A stretch of 64,000 bases of DNA. It comes from an uncultured Flavihumibacter sp. (lineage in GTDB: Bacteria; Bacteroidota; Bacteroidia; Chitinophagales; Chitinophagaceae). Position numbers and translations under genes: made by a program. The notes beneath the pieces were generated by a model. It ran no database searches and had not been told where the DNA came from. It saw nothing but the letters and a program-made list of their open reading frames with translations. Positions 17,757-27,549 of the stretch are shown in pieces. Numbering within the stretch: position 1 is the first letter of the stretch; each line of letters begins with the position of its first letter. The stretch covers positions 13,979 to 77,978 of the forward strand of contig CAXTMV010000001.1 of the NCBI GenBank assembly GCA_964245425.1. Direction: 5' to 3'.

Positions 17757-17882
17757 AATTGGCTGATCGGCTGACTGGCTGATTGGTGGGCTGGTTGCCT
17801 GGTTGTTCGAAAACGCTTATTATATATAACAGCGAGTCCCCAGCCGGTGATGTCTGTCAGCCAACCAACCGATCAACCAATT
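17757..17882 (-). repeat. 26-bp imperfect inverted repeat (arms 17757-17782 and 17857-17882) built from GGYTGAT-type units
   Basis: 22 of 26 positions are Watson-Crick complementary. The four mismatches are C.A or A.C on the + strand, and all become G.U wobbles on the - strand. The repeat lies in the 348-nt divergent intergenic region upstream of the lipoprotein gene. Confidence 0.6.
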
Positions 17883-18003
17883 ATAAGGCGGTTGCTGCCA
17901 GCTACCCCTGTATTCCCGCCAGTACTGTGTTGCTAAAAATCGACCCGCCGGGGCGTCCTATTTTTACAGTGTAATAAAATATTAACCACTAAAAAATAGC
18001 AAC

Positions 18004-18453
18004 ATGACAACTTCAGCAATGGTAACTGTTTATATTGGCCAGCTCTGCACAGAAATAGGCTGCACGCCGGAAAGCATCTACAGTAAACAATACAATTCAT
18101 GGTCTTTTACCCGGGGCTCCGCCACCATCGAGGTTTCACTTTGTTCTTATGAAACAGCCGTAAAGACCATCCGCACATTTGTACGTTGCTTTTCTGCCGT
18201 TTATCCCATTCCTGCCGACGCTACCAAGAAAGCACAATTGTTCCAGGAAGCCCTGCAAAACAACAGCACTTTAATGGGTGTTAAACTGGGCATTTTACCA
18301 GAAAAAGGGTATATGTACGCAATCGCAGAAAGAGATATAGACGGAATGGATTACGAAGAATTCAAAACCCTGGTTAGTGATTTGGGCTACTGGGCCGATT
18401 CACTGGATGATATGCTGAAAGAACGTTTTGGCGCCACGGCCAGCCTCAATTGA
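18004..18453 (+). CDS. small cytoplasmic protein, possibly YbjN-like
   Basis: 149-aa ORF with an ATG start and no TM segment. Its size and sequence pattern resemble YbjN / putative sensory-transduction-regulator proteins. The assignment is weak. Confidence 0.5.
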   Translation: MTTSAMVTVYIGQLCTEIGCTPESIYSKQYNSWSFTRGSATIEVSLCSYETAVKTIRTFVRCFSAVYPIPADATKKAQLFQEALQNNSTLMGVKLGILPEKGYMYAIAERDIDGMDYEEFKTLVSDLGYWADSLDDMLKERFGATASLN

Positions 18454-18490
18454 TCAACCGTATTATTAAAAAGGAAGTAAAAAAAGCAAT

Positions 18491-19159
18491 ATGTTACTCA
18501 ATATCTTTTTCGACAACATGAACCCCACCCTGGAACTGGTGCTCATCGGCGCATTCCTGATAGCCCTTTACTGGTTTGTATTGAGAAAATACAATTCACT
18601 TGGCCTGCGGCTGTTTGTTTTGTGCTTTCTGTTATTCATCGGTTGTTGCGAATGGTTGTATAAGGACGAAGCAAAACTGAAAAAAACCATTACCGCCGGT
18701 GAAGAGCATGTTGCTACCATCCTGTCAAAATCGCAAAAGCCGAAAAACACCAATGAAGTGGCCATTTCTTTTACTGCAAAAGACAATAGCACCGTTAATT
18801 CCAGCACCAGCGATTATGTTTCGAAAGAGGAATGGGACAAGTTTGAAGCAGGAAAGCCACTGTCCGTCTTGTATGTACCCAGCACCGGGCAGGTCTTTGT
18901 ACAGCAAAGCATCATGCGCTTTGCGGCCGACAAAATATACCTGTATTATTTCGCCGGTTTCTGGCTGGTACTGGGTATTGTTGTCTTTATCTGGTTGCGC
19001 AACTATAAAGTGGGCGTAGATGAGACAACCGGTAACGAATGGGTAATAAAACCGGGTGGCGATGTTATACTGGACGAGCGCAAGTCGCTAGTGTTCAGGG
19101 CTGCCAAACGATATAATATCATTTCAAAACTGGTACAGGTTTTTGGTAAGCAGCAGTAA
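18491..19159 (+). CDS. membrane protein: two N-terminal TM segments, a soluble middle domain and a C-terminal TM segment
   Basis: Hydrophobic segments LELVLIGAFLIALYWFVL, LRLFVLCFLLFIGCC and IYLYYFAGFWLVLGIVVFIWL. No family assigned. Confidence 0.7.
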   Translation: MLLNIFFDNMNPTLELVLIGAFLIALYWFVLRKYNSLGLRLFVLCFLLFIGCCEWLYKDEAKLKKTITAGEEHVATILSKSQKPKNTNEVAISFTAKDNSTVNSSTSDYVSKEEWDKFEAGKPLSVLYVPSTGQVFVQQSIMRFAADKIYLYYFAGFWLVLGIVVFIWLRNYKVGVDETTGNEWVIKPGGDVILDERKSLVFRAAKRYNIISKLVQVFGKQQ

Positions 19160-19283
19160 GCGTGATTATTGGGCGTACGACCACGACGCTATTAAAACGA
19201 CTTCTCCAAAGCAAATCTGATAGTTGAATAATAAGGATTGAATGCCGTCGCTGTTATTTTCCCGGCATCTGTACCATCCGGCC

Positions 19284-19314
19284 AAAGTCCCGCTTTTTTA
19301 CAAAGCGGGACTTT
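19284..19314 (+). terminator. intrinsic terminator hairpin
   Basis: Perfect 13-bp stem aaagtcccgcttt / aaagcgggacttt with the 5-nt loop tttac. It lies 125 nt after the stop of the 18491-19159 gene. Confidence 0.7.
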
Positions 19315-19364
19315 CATTATAATTTGCCGGCTACTGTATTTTATTTATTTTGTGATACGAACAC

Positions 19365-22300
19365 ATGATGAAAACACTCTGCCTATTTGTTATACTGGTT
19401 GCCTATGAACACGCAGGTGCGCAGTGGTTTAACAACGGCAGTACTTTCACTACTCAAAACGGTCTCAGTAACAACACCATTACCTGCCTGCAAAAAGACA
19501 GTCTTGGTTTTATATGGATTGGCACCCATGAAGGCCTCAACCGCTACGATGGCACTTCCTTTGTAAATGTGCTGAGCAATGCAAAAAACAACCTGCCCTC
19601 CAATAATATCACCCGGGTAGAATTTATCAGCAATACATTGATGGCGGTTGCCACCAATACCGGCTTGTGCCTGCTGAATACCACCACCTTCTCCGGCAAA
19701 AAAATTGATCTGCCTTACCTGCCGGCATTTCCGGGTACGGCCTTTTATATCGCCGACATCCTGTATAAAAAAGATACCAGGGAACTGTGGGTAGCCACCT
19801 GGCATGGCCTGTTTGTGCTGGATACGGCAGGCAATCTGAAAAAGAAAATGATGGCTTTGCCGTCCGAAATGAGCCATGGGCTGTTCGCCCGGCATCTGTT
19901 GAAAGATATTCATGGGCTTATCTATTTTTATTCGCAGCAGAAAAAGGGATTTTATTATCCTGATTTCGATCGTCAGCAATCTTTGCCCGAAGAGAAAAGA
20001 TTCGAAGGGTTTACCATGAATGCCCTGATGAACAACGATTATTCATTGATGGGATTGCAGATGCTGAACCAGCAATGTGTTTGCATTTTTTCAAAACTGC
20101 TGCCCACCGGCCGCGAAGAAAGAATTGTCTATTACAATATCAGTTCTGGCCGTAGTTTTAACGAAGCAGTGCAGGTGAATGGACCGTATGAAAAAAGGCT
20201 TTCAAACGCATACCCGCTGAATGATTCAATATTTATTATCAATTCATTTTTTGGTGAGCCATCATTGTACAATGCCAACCAGCATGAACTAAAACCTGCA
20301 ACAGACCACCCGCTTTGGTTTACTTCCTGGCCCGATGGCCTGGCCACTTATATATGCAGCGACAATAACAATATCTGGGTGGGCACTTCAAAAAACCTGC
20401 TCCAGTTTCCCCTGAAAACAGGTTTATTCAAGACCAATCCGCTGTTCACAAACGAAATAAAAAACCTGCAAAGCCTGGTGTCCTGCAATTATGGCATTTA
20501 CAGTAACCAGGCGCTTTGGGTTGCCTGCCTGGGTGCCGGCCTGTTCAGGATCGATACCCTGCACAATACATTTTCGGCTGTCTTTGACGGGTATACGCCT
20601 GCCGAATTTAAAAGAAAAATAATCAGTACGGAAGTGCATGACGCCGGTAGATCACTCTGGCTTTTTTCTTTGTATGGACCCGCTGCCGTTGACCCTGCCA
20701 CAAAAAAAATAAGCCTGATCAATGCTACTAATAAAGACAGCAGTTTTGATGCGGTAGCGTCTTACCCGCTGGCCGACAGCAAAGGTGATATATGGGCTAC
20801 CCTGCCTGATGGCATTACCAAATACAATATCATTACCAATACATTTATCAACTATAGAACCCGGTACAAAGGAGGCACATTTCCTTTACTGCGGGCGGGC
20901 CCCAAAACAGAAGACAACAAGGGTAATATATGGATGGTGCGGGATGACACGCTATTGAAAATGGATCCCATTACAGAACAGTTTTCCATTTCGCTGTTGA
21001 AAAAAAATGGCCGCGCCCTTCGGCCGGTTACCTGCCTGGCAAGCGACGACAGCGATATTATCTATATGAGTGTTGCGGGCTCACTGGGTATGTACTCCGT
21101 CTCTACCGGTAATATGGAACTGTATACCAAACAAACCGGCATTATTTCAACCGTTATCAATGAAATGGTAAGCGACAAAGAAGGAAATGCCTGGATCGCA
21201 ACTGAGGGCGGCCTGGTATTCTATGACCGGCAGAAAAAGAAATTCGCTTCTTTTACAAAAGCCGATGGTTTGCCGGACGACAATATCATCAGTATCAATT
21301 TTACAGATCCTGAAAAAAAGACCTTATTCCTCGGGTTTTCCAAAACCTATTGCCTTTTTGCGCCGCGTACTTTTTTACTGGAAGGGAAAGTACCGGAAAA
21401 TGTAATTACAGGCATGGAAGCAGGCGGACAGACTTTTGATGTGAACCAAAAACAGGTGTTATCCTACAAAGAAAATAATATATTCTTTACCTATACCGGT
21501 ATCAACTATAACCAGGGGCAGCAAAATAACTATGCCTGTATGCTGGAAAATTTTGACCAGGACTGGAAATATACCGGTACAGAACGAAGGGTAAATTATA
21601 TCAACCTGCCGCCGGGCAATTATGTGTTTAAAATAAAAAGTGCCAATTACCAGGGAGAATGGAATGAAATACCCGCCACCCTCGCATTTGAAATTACACC
21701 CCCTTTCTGGCAGCGTTGGTGGTTCCGTATACTGGTTGCCTGCGGGCTTATCTTCAGCGCTTTTTACCTGATAAAAAAACGGGAGCGTACGCTTCAAAAG
21801 GAAAACAATGTAAAACTACAGCTTAGTGAGTTGCGGATGCAGGCTTTGCGGGCACAGATGAATCCGCATTTTATTTTTAACAGCCTGAACAGCATTCAGA
21901 ATTATATACTCAGCAATAATACCATGGATGCCGCAGGCTACCTCTCTAAATTTGCCAAGCTGATGCGTCGCATCCTCGACCAATCTAAAAGTAATTTTCT
22001 ACCCCTGGCCGAAGTAATGGAAACACTGCAATTATACGTAGAAATAGAAGCTTTCCGTTTTAACCACGAATTCAGCTATACATTCGATATAGAACAGAAC
22101 GATGAATTACTGGACATGGATATGCCCCCCATGCTGTTACAGCCCTTTGTTGAAAATGCCATCCTTCACGGACTGATGCCGAAAAAAGGGGACAAGAAAT
22201 TATTGATCCGGTGCCGCCTGGTCGATAAGACAGTAGAAATTATCATTGACGATAATGGCGTTGGCCGCAGTAACAATATGGCACAGGCAGGTCATGTATC

Positions 22301-22442
22301 GCAGGGGGGGAAACTAACAACGGGCATGCTTGAAAGCCTGCAGCAGCTAAAAAACAGTAAGGTACATATTGAAATAACAGATAAAACAGACCAGACAATA
22401 CCGGCCGGTACCATTGTAAAACTCCTATTGCCATTAAATTAA
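19365..22442 (+). CDS. sensor histidine kinase, LytS/YehU type, with a periplasmic beta-propeller repeat region and a Y_Y_Y-like domain
   Basis: - N-terminal signal/anchor.
- Long repeat-rich ectodomain.
- Y_Y_Y-like segment NYVFKIKSANYQGEWNE.
- TM segment WWFRILVACGLIFSAFYLI.
- His_kinase motif QMNPHFIFNSLNSIQ.
- ATPase motif LLQPFVENAILHG. Confidence 0.9.
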   Translation: MMKTLCLFVILVAYEHAGAQWFNNGSTFTTQNGLSNNTITCLQKDSLGFIWIGTHEGLNRYDGTSFVNVLSNAKNNLPSNNITRVEFISNTLMAVATNTGLCLLNTTTFSGKKIDLPYLPAFPGTAFYIADILYKKDTRELWVATWHGLFVLDTAGNLKKKMMALPSEMSHGLFARHLLKDIHGLIYFYSQQKKGFYYPDFDRQQSLPEEKRFEGFTMNALMNNDYSLMGLQMLNQQCVCIFSKLLPTGREERIVYYNISSGRSFNEAVQVNGPYEKRLSNAYPLNDSIFIINSFFGEPSLYNANQHELKPATDHPLWFTSWPDGLATYICSDNNNIWVGTSKNLLQFPLKTGLFKTNPLFTNEIKNLQSLVSCNYGIYSNQALWVACLGAGLFRIDTLHNTFSAVFDGYTPAEFKRKIISTEVHDAGRSLWLFSLYGPAAVDPATKKISLINATNKDSSFDAVASYPLADSKGDIWATLPDGITKYNIITNTFINYRTRYKGGTFPLLRAGPKTEDNKGNIWMVRDDTLLKMDPITEQFSISLLKKNGRALRPVTCLASDDSDIIYMSVAGSLGMYSVSTGNMELYTKQTGIISTVINEMVSDKEGNAWIATEGGLVFYDRQKKKFASFTKADGLPDDNIISINFTDPEKKTLFLGFSKTYCLFAPRTFLLEGKVPENVITGMEAGGQTFDVNQKQVLSYKENNIFFTYTGINYNQGQQNNYACMLENFDQDWKYTGTERRVNYINLPPGNYVFKIKSANYQGEWNEIPATLAFEITPPFWQRWWFRILVACGLIFSAFYLIKKRERTLQKENNVKLQLSELRMQALRAQMNPHFIFNSLNSIQNYILSNNTMDAAGYLSKFAKLMRRILDQSKSNFLPLAEVMETLQLYVEIEAFRFNHEFSYTFDIEQNDELLDMDMPPMLLQPFVENAILHGLMPKKGDKKLLIRCRLVDKTVEIIIDDNGVGRSNNMAQAGHVSQGGKLTTGMLESLQQLKNSKVHIEITDKTDQTIPAGTIVKLLLPLN

Positions 22443-22447
22443 CGACT

Positions 22448-23221
22448 ATGCAACCCATCAGAACACTTATCATCGACGACGAAATGAATGCCCGCAATAC
22501 CATCAGGAATATGATCAGCCAGCTGAACCTGTCCGTTGATATCATCGGCGAAGCAGGCGATGCCGCAGAAGGGTTGGAAAAAATTCATTTATTACAACCC
22601 GAATTGCTTTTTCTTGACATACAGATGCCTGGCAAAACCGGTATTGAGCTGATGCAGGAAATGAATCGCGACAATATCCAGGTTATTTTTGTAACAGCCC
22701 ACCAGGGCTTTGCCATACAGGCCTTGAAGCTCAGCGCCATCGATTATATTCTGAAACCGGTTGACCCCGCCGACCTGAAAGAAGCAGTGGAAAAAGCCTT
22801 ACAGAAAAAAAACAAGCCGGTAACAGAGCAGTTATTATTATTTCAGCAGGCCCTGCAACACCTGCAACAGCCTACGCAAAAAGCGCCCGGCAAACTGGCC
22901 CTGTCAACCGCAGAAGGCGTGCTGTTTACAGATTTGAAAGATATTATCTGGATAGAATCGCTGACTGGCTATTGCAAATTCTACCTGGTGGCACAAAAAC
23001 CGGTTATCGTAAGCAAGAACCTGAAAGAATATGAAGACCTGCTGGCAGTACACCATTTTTTTCGCACCCACCAGAGCTCCGTGGTAAACCTGATGCATAT
23101 AAAAAAATATGTGCGTGGAGAGGGCGGCCAGGTCTGGATGAGCGATGGCAGCGAAATTGAAGTGGCGCGCAGAAGAAAAGAAGAACTCCTCACCAAAATG
23201 GCACAGATAAATATCCAGTGA
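22448..23221 (+). CDS. LytTR-family response regulator
   Basis: Receiver domain (LIIDDE, FLDIQMPGKTG) plus a C-terminal LytTR-type DNA-binding region. The gene starts 5 nt after the kinase gene. Confidence 0.9.
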   Translation: MQPIRTLIIDDEMNARNTIRNMISQLNLSVDIIGEAGDAAEGLEKIHLLQPELLFLDIQMPGKTGIELMQEMNRDNIQVIFVTAHQGFAIQALKLSAIDYILKPVDPADLKEAVEKALQKKNKPVTEQLLLFQQALQHLQQPTQKAPGKLALSTAEGVLFTDLKDIIWIESLTGYCKFYLVAQKPVIVSKNLKEYEDLLAVHHFFRTHQSSVVNLMHIKKYVRGEGGQVWMSDGSEIEVARRRKEELLTKMAQINIQ

Positions 23222-23231
23222 GCTATTTTTA

Positions 23232-23297
23232 TCGCACAGCGCCCGCAACGCAAACGAAAGTTGCTGGTACCCTGTTTGCTTTGCCGGCGCTGTGCGA
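23232..23297 (+). terminator. long GC-rich imperfect hairpin after the response-regulator gene (terminator or REP-like element)
   Basis: Perfect 12-bp outer stem tcgcacagcgcc / ggcgctgtgcga. Inner pairings gcaa/ttgc and gcaaac/gtttgc extend it. There is no trailing T-run. Confidence 0.35.
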
Positions 23298-23356
23298 CCA
23301 ATTGTGCCGCGGCCATTTACCAGCTTCCTTTACCGATTTATCTTTAGCTTTAAGCG

Positions 23357-24523
23357 ATGCGGTTCACAAAAATTTTTAAAGAATTTACAACAAGCGGAAA
23401 AGCCGGCGGCCTGTTGCTGGTGGCTTGCACAGTATTGTCGCTTGTACTGGCCAACAGCGCGGCCAGTAACTCCTATACACATTTTTTTCATCGCCACCTC
23501 AACCTGTCTTTCCTGTCAATTACCCTTGATTATAGTATAGAACATTGGATCAATGATGGTCTCATGGCAATATTTTTCTTGCTGGTGGGCCTCGAAATAG
23601 AAAGGGAATTGTACATCGGCGAATTGTCGAATATGAAAAATGCTTTATTACCGGTGCTGGCAGCTGCGGGCGGCATGCTTTTCCCGGCATTGATTCATTT
23701 TGCATTGAATGCCGGTCGGGCAACGCAGGCCGGTTTTGGCATTCCCATGGCAACAGATATTGCTTTCGCATTGGGTGTATTGTCACTGGCAGGCAGAAGA
23801 ATCCCTCTTTCTTTAAAAATATTCCTGGCTGCATTGGCCATCATAGACGATCTGGGCGCCATCACCGTTATTGCTTTATTCTATACCAAGGGTTTTTCCA
23901 TTTATTATTTTGGTACCGCCCTGCTTATTTTCGGGGCACTGTTCCTGGCCGGCCGAAAAAAAATGTATGTCCTGCCTGTTTACCTGCTGGGTGGCCTTAT
24001 CATGTGGTACTGCATGCTTAAATCGGGTGTACATGCCACCATCGCAGGTGTGTTGCTGGCCTTCGCCATCCCCTTTGAAAAAGAAAATGCAGGTGGTCTT
24101 TCGTATCGGTTGCAACATTTTTTACATAAGCCGGTGGCCTTTCTTATTCTTCCGTTGTTTGCACTGGCCAATACGGTCATTGTTTTTCCCGCGCATCCCG
24201 CCAGCAGTTTTACCAGCAGCAACGCAGTGGGTATTATGGCAGGTTTGTTACTGGGAAAATTTGCCGGCATATTTTTAATTTCCTGGCTGGCTATAAAAAT
24301 GAAATGGGCCAACCTGTCGGCAGAATTGGGCTGGAATCATTTAGCTGTCCTGTCGTTACTGGGTGGCATTGGCTTTACCATGAGCATATTCATCACCAAC
24401 CTGGCTTTTACCGATCCTCAAATCATTACCGCCTCAAAAATGAGCATCCTGCTGGCTTCTGTATCGGCGGCTGTTCTTGGATTGCTGGTGCTGAAAATAA
24501 CGGCGCTGGGTAAGCGCAGGTAA
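23357..24523 (+). CDS. nhaA: Na+/H+ antiporter NhaA
   Basis: Polytopic 388-aa protein with the NhaA-typical HWINDGLMAIFFLLVGLEIEREL and IIDDLGAI motifs. Confidence 0.9.
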   Translation: MRFTKIFKEFTTSGKAGGLLLVACTVLSLVLANSAASNSYTHFFHRHLNLSFLSITLDYSIEHWINDGLMAIFFLLVGLEIERELYIGELSNMKNALLPVLAAAGGMLFPALIHFALNAGRATQAGFGIPMATDIAFALGVLSLAGRRIPLSLKIFLAALAIIDDLGAITVIALFYTKGFSIYYFGTALLIFGALFLAGRKKMYVLPVYLLGGLIMWYCMLKSGVHATIAGVLLAFAIPFEKENAGGLSYRLQHFLHKPVAFLILPLFALANTVIVFPAHPASSFTSSNAVGIMAGLLLGKFAGIFLISWLAIKMKWANLSAELGWNHLAVLSLLGGIGFTMSIFITNLAFTDPQIITASKMSILLASVSAAVLGLLVLKITALGKRR

Positions 24524-24620
24524 GCGTATTGAAAAATCAGCGCGCAGAGCAAGCAGCGCCAACGGGGGTTTGCTGCCATTCTTTTCTCTGTTTACCCTGC
24601 TGGCGCTTGCGAAATTCTTT

Positions 24621-25529
24621 TTAATCGTGCCGCGCACCCTCTTTTACGGCAAACACATGCAGCACCTGCGGAAACAGGGCATCCATGGTTTCCAGCGCGC
24701 CTTTTGCAGACCCGGGCAAGGTAATAACAAGACTTTGTTTTATAAACCCGGCCACTCCCCTCGACAACATCGCATAAGGCATTCTATCCTGCCCGTAATG
24801 GCGGGCTGTTTCCATAATGCCGGGTATCTCCCTGTTCAGCAGGGGCCGAACAGCATCCGGTGTATTATCCCGTGCCGAAACACCTGTGCCACCTGTAAAA
24901 AGGATAAGATCGAAGCCTTTGTCTGCCAGGGCAGTCAGCTTTTCCTGTATCAGCGCGGTATCATCGGGAATGACATCATATACTTCCGTTTCTATCTGAA
25001 TATCTGATAATTTATTGATCACCGCTTTGCCGGCAGTATCTGTTTTACTGCCCTTTGAAACGCTATCCGAACAAACAACCACCGCGCAGCGGATGGCCGT
25101 TGTATTTTTTGCAAGGTCCGTTTTGCCGCCTTCCTTGCTGACTAGTTTTATATTGCTTATTTCAACGGATTTATCGATGGGTTTCAGCATATCATAAATG
25201 GTGAGCGCAGTAATAGCGGCACCGTGCATGGCTTCTACTTCCACCCCCGTTTTATACACAGTGTGCACTTCAACAGTAATAACAATGGCCATTTCTGCCA
25301 GGGCATAGGTAATGGCCGCATACTCAACCGGCAGCGGGTGGCAATCGGGTATGGAATCGCTGGTCTTTTTAACGGCCAGCAGCCCGGCGGCCCGCGAGAA
25401 TTCCAGCACATCGCCTTTTGGAACGGTTCTTTGCGCTACTGCCTGGATGGTGCGGGGGTCAGAACCCCTTACGGTGGCAATGGCAATGGCTTTGCGAAGG
25501 GTATTATTCTTATGGGTAATATTGACCAT
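24621..25529 (-). CDS. moaC: bifunctional molybdenum cofactor biosynthesis protein, a MoaC-MoaB/MogA fusion
   Basis: The N-terminal half has MoaC motifs (IPDCHPLP, KTGVEVEAMHGAAITALTIYDMLK). The C-terminal half is MoaB/MogA-like (AVVVCSDS, LILFTGGTGVSARDNTPDAV). Confidence 0.85.
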   Translation of the reverse strand: MVNITHKNNTLRKAIAIATVRGSDPRTIQAVAQRTVPKGDVLEFSRAAGLLAVKKTSDSIPDCHPLPVEYAAITYALAEMAIVITVEVHTVYKTGVEVEAMHGAAITALTIYDMLKPIDKSVEISNIKLVSKEGGKTDLAKNTTAIRCAVVVCSDSVSKGSKTDTAGKAVINKLSDIQIETEVYDVIPDDTALIQEKLTALADKGFDLILFTGGTGVSARDNTPDAVRPLLNREIPGIMETARHYGQDRMPYAMLSRGVAGFIKQSLVITLPGSAKGALETMDALFPQVLHVFAVKEGARHD

Positions 25530-25532
25530 GCT

Positions 25533-25985
25533 TTAGCGGTTAATTTTCCATTGATGGGTTTCGTCTTCCAGGATTTCTTTTCCCCAAACCGGTAATTCGA
25601 TTTTCAGGCGTTCAACTGTTTCAGCACAGGCATCTATGGCCGCTTTCCGGTGTGGCGAAGAAGTAAAAACAAACAGGCATATTTCCCCGCAGGCAATCCT
25701 GCCCAGGCTATGGTAAACATGCATGCAACTAAGTGTATATTTTGCAAAAACCGCTTCACGGATCTCATGCATTTTTTCGTTTGCCATTTCTTCATAAGCC
25801 GTGTAATCGATGGCGATGCACTTTTTCCCTTCTATTGTATCAGCCCTTACCTGCCCCAAAAAAATACTGTGACCACCTATCACCGTGCGCGTACTATGCT
25901 GTTGAATACTGTCGGCAATAAACGCAGCGCCAATGGCGCCATGGATAAAAATATTTTTGGGAGCAGCTGTCGCCATATTGTACAA
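25533..25985 (-). CDS. moaE: molybdopterin synthase catalytic subunit MoaE
   Basis: 150 aa, MoaE-like sequence (GGHSIFLGQVR, PVWGKE), within the moa operon. Confidence 0.8.
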   Translation of the reverse strand: MYNMATAAPKNIFIHGAIGAAFIADSIQQHSTRTVIGGHSIFLGQVRADTIEGKKCIAIDYTAYEEMANEKMHEIREAVFAKYTLSCMHVYHSLGRIACGEICLFVFTSSPHRKAAIDACAETVERLKIELPVWGKEILEDETHQWKINR

Positions 25986-27101
25986 TTATTGTTGCGCTTT
26001 CCAGTGCAGGATGCCCTTTGCCAGGCTGAATATTTTTTTTGACTCTCCGAATTTACCGGCCAGTCGCTTCGCCGCCGCTGCACTTCTTCTGCCCGACTGA
26101 CAAAATAAAATGATGGTATTACTACCTGTAACGATCAAGTGATTTTCAATATCACCGGGCGAGACTTGCATATGCGCAAATTCATATACGGCCGGCATTT
26201 CGCCCGGTTCACGAACATCTACCACCAGTACATTTTCTTTTATCCTTAATGCATCAAAACCAGCGGCATCTATCTCAAAAGACTGACCGGGTTGCTCACA
26301 TAGCCAGTTATAATCCATTTTTTCAAAGGCAGCCTGGCTGGCTGGCAGCAGCTGGCGGGTACCGGTTGCTGCAGACAATTCAAATACAGAGACCTGGTTA
26401 TCGAGCAAATTATAGGTGAGCAATTTATTGATCAAAGAAGTGCCCGTACCTGATATCAGTTTAATGGTTTCACTTGCTTGCAGGGTGCCAATGATACCCG
26501 GCAATACGCCCAACACGCCTGTTTCTGCACAATTGGCTACTTCGCCCGCGGCCGGTGGCTGCGGAAAAAGATCGCGGTAATTAACGGAGGGCTCTCCACT
26601 CACCGGCGAGCAATTGAATATGGCCACCTGTCCTTCAAATTTTGAGACAGCGCCGTACACCAGCGGTTTGTTAAGCAACACACAGGCGTCGTTCAGGAGG
26701 TAACGGGTGGCAAAATTATCCGTGCCGTCAAGAACAATATCATAGTCTTGCAGCAGGTTAAAGGCATTGGAAACGGTTACCTGTTCATTATATGCCCTGA
26801 TAGTGATATCCGGGTTAAGCCTTTGCAGCGCAGCTGTTGCGCAGCTTGCTTTGGGAAGACCGGTATCTGCCACTGTATACAATACCTGCCTGTGCAGGTT
26901 ATGCAGTGAAACATAGTCGTGGTCTGCAATGCCAATGGTGCCAACACCGGCGGCTGCCAGGTATTGTAAGGCAGGGCAGCCCAATCCGCCGGCACCTACT
27001 ACCAGTACTTTTGCTGCTAACAGCTTTTGTTGCCCGGCATGCCCGAATCCGGTAAGGATAGTCTGTCGGCGGTATCTTTCATATGTACTGTTATCACTCA
27101 T
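25986..27101 (-). CDS. moeB: MoeB/ThiF-type adenylyltransferase with a C-terminal rhodanese domain (MoeZ-like)
   Basis: Motifs RYRRQ, VLVVGAGGLGCP and the CxxC region, plus a C-terminal rhodanese-like segment (ILFCQSGRRS). The gene abuts moaE. Confidence 0.85.
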   Translation of the reverse strand: MSDNSTYERYRRQTILTGFGHAGQQKLLAAKVLVVGAGGLGCPALQYLAAAGVGTIGIADHDYVSLHNLHRQVLYTVADTGLPKASCATAALQRLNPDITIRAYNEQVTVSNAFNLLQDYDIVLDGTDNFATRYLLNDACVLLNKPLVYGAVSKFEGQVAIFNCSPVSGEPSVNYRDLFPQPPAAGEVANCAETGVLGVLPGIIGTLQASETIKLISGTGTSLINKLLTYNLLDNQVSVFELSAATGTRQLLPASQAAFEKMDYNWLCEQPGQSFEIDAAGFDALRIKENVLVVDVREPGEMPAVYEFAHMQVSPGDIENHLIVTGSNTIILFCQSGRRSAAAAKRLAGKFGESKKIFSLAKGILHWKAQQ

Positions 27102-27106
27102 AGTTG

Positions 27107-27343
27107 TTAGCCGCCCGAAAAAGGTGGCAGTAAAGCCACCCGCGCTGTTTCATGCAGCAGGGTATTTGACTGGATGGTTTTTTTGTCTATGGCAATCGTG
27201 TATCTGACGCCCTGCATGGCGGGGTACAACGCATTGATGGCACGTACCAGTGCATCGGTATCGGGTATATTTTCAAGCATAAGGGGCGAGTGCCCGGTAA
27301 TATCCGTTAACTGCCCAAACAAATCAACTTGTACCTGTGTCAT
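27107..27343 (-). CDS. moaD: molybdopterin synthase sulfur-carrier subunit MoaD
   Basis: 78 aa ending in GG. It is the first gene of the moa operon. Confidence 0.8.
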   Translation of the reverse strand: MTQVQVDLFGQLTDITGHSPLMLENIPDTDALVRAINALYPAMQGVRYTIAIDKKTIQSNTLLHETARVALLPPFSGG

Positions 27344-27549
27344 ACCTTTTATTTATGGCCATTGCGAAAGGCCTGCCGGATTCATCGGCCGTTGCCGGAT
27401 CTCTTTGCAAAGTTATCGGTTTATTGAGTATAACCGCGCTGTCCCGTGGTGAACACAGCCGCGCATCTGAAGAGCAGTAAACAGCACAGTTGATTATTTT
27501 GTTCTTTTGGTTGATGCGTCCGGACCGGGCTTTTTGAAAGGACGTCCTC

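Noticed and set aside
27344-27549. Possible Moco riboswitch in the 206-nt leader upstream of moaD
   Set aside because: The location is right for a molybdenum-cofactor riboswitch. However, I could not recognise the conserved Moco-motif core or a convincing multi-stem fold by eye. I saw only short hairpins and a direct repeat, tccggca x2. It needs an Infernal/Rfam scan and is not claimed.
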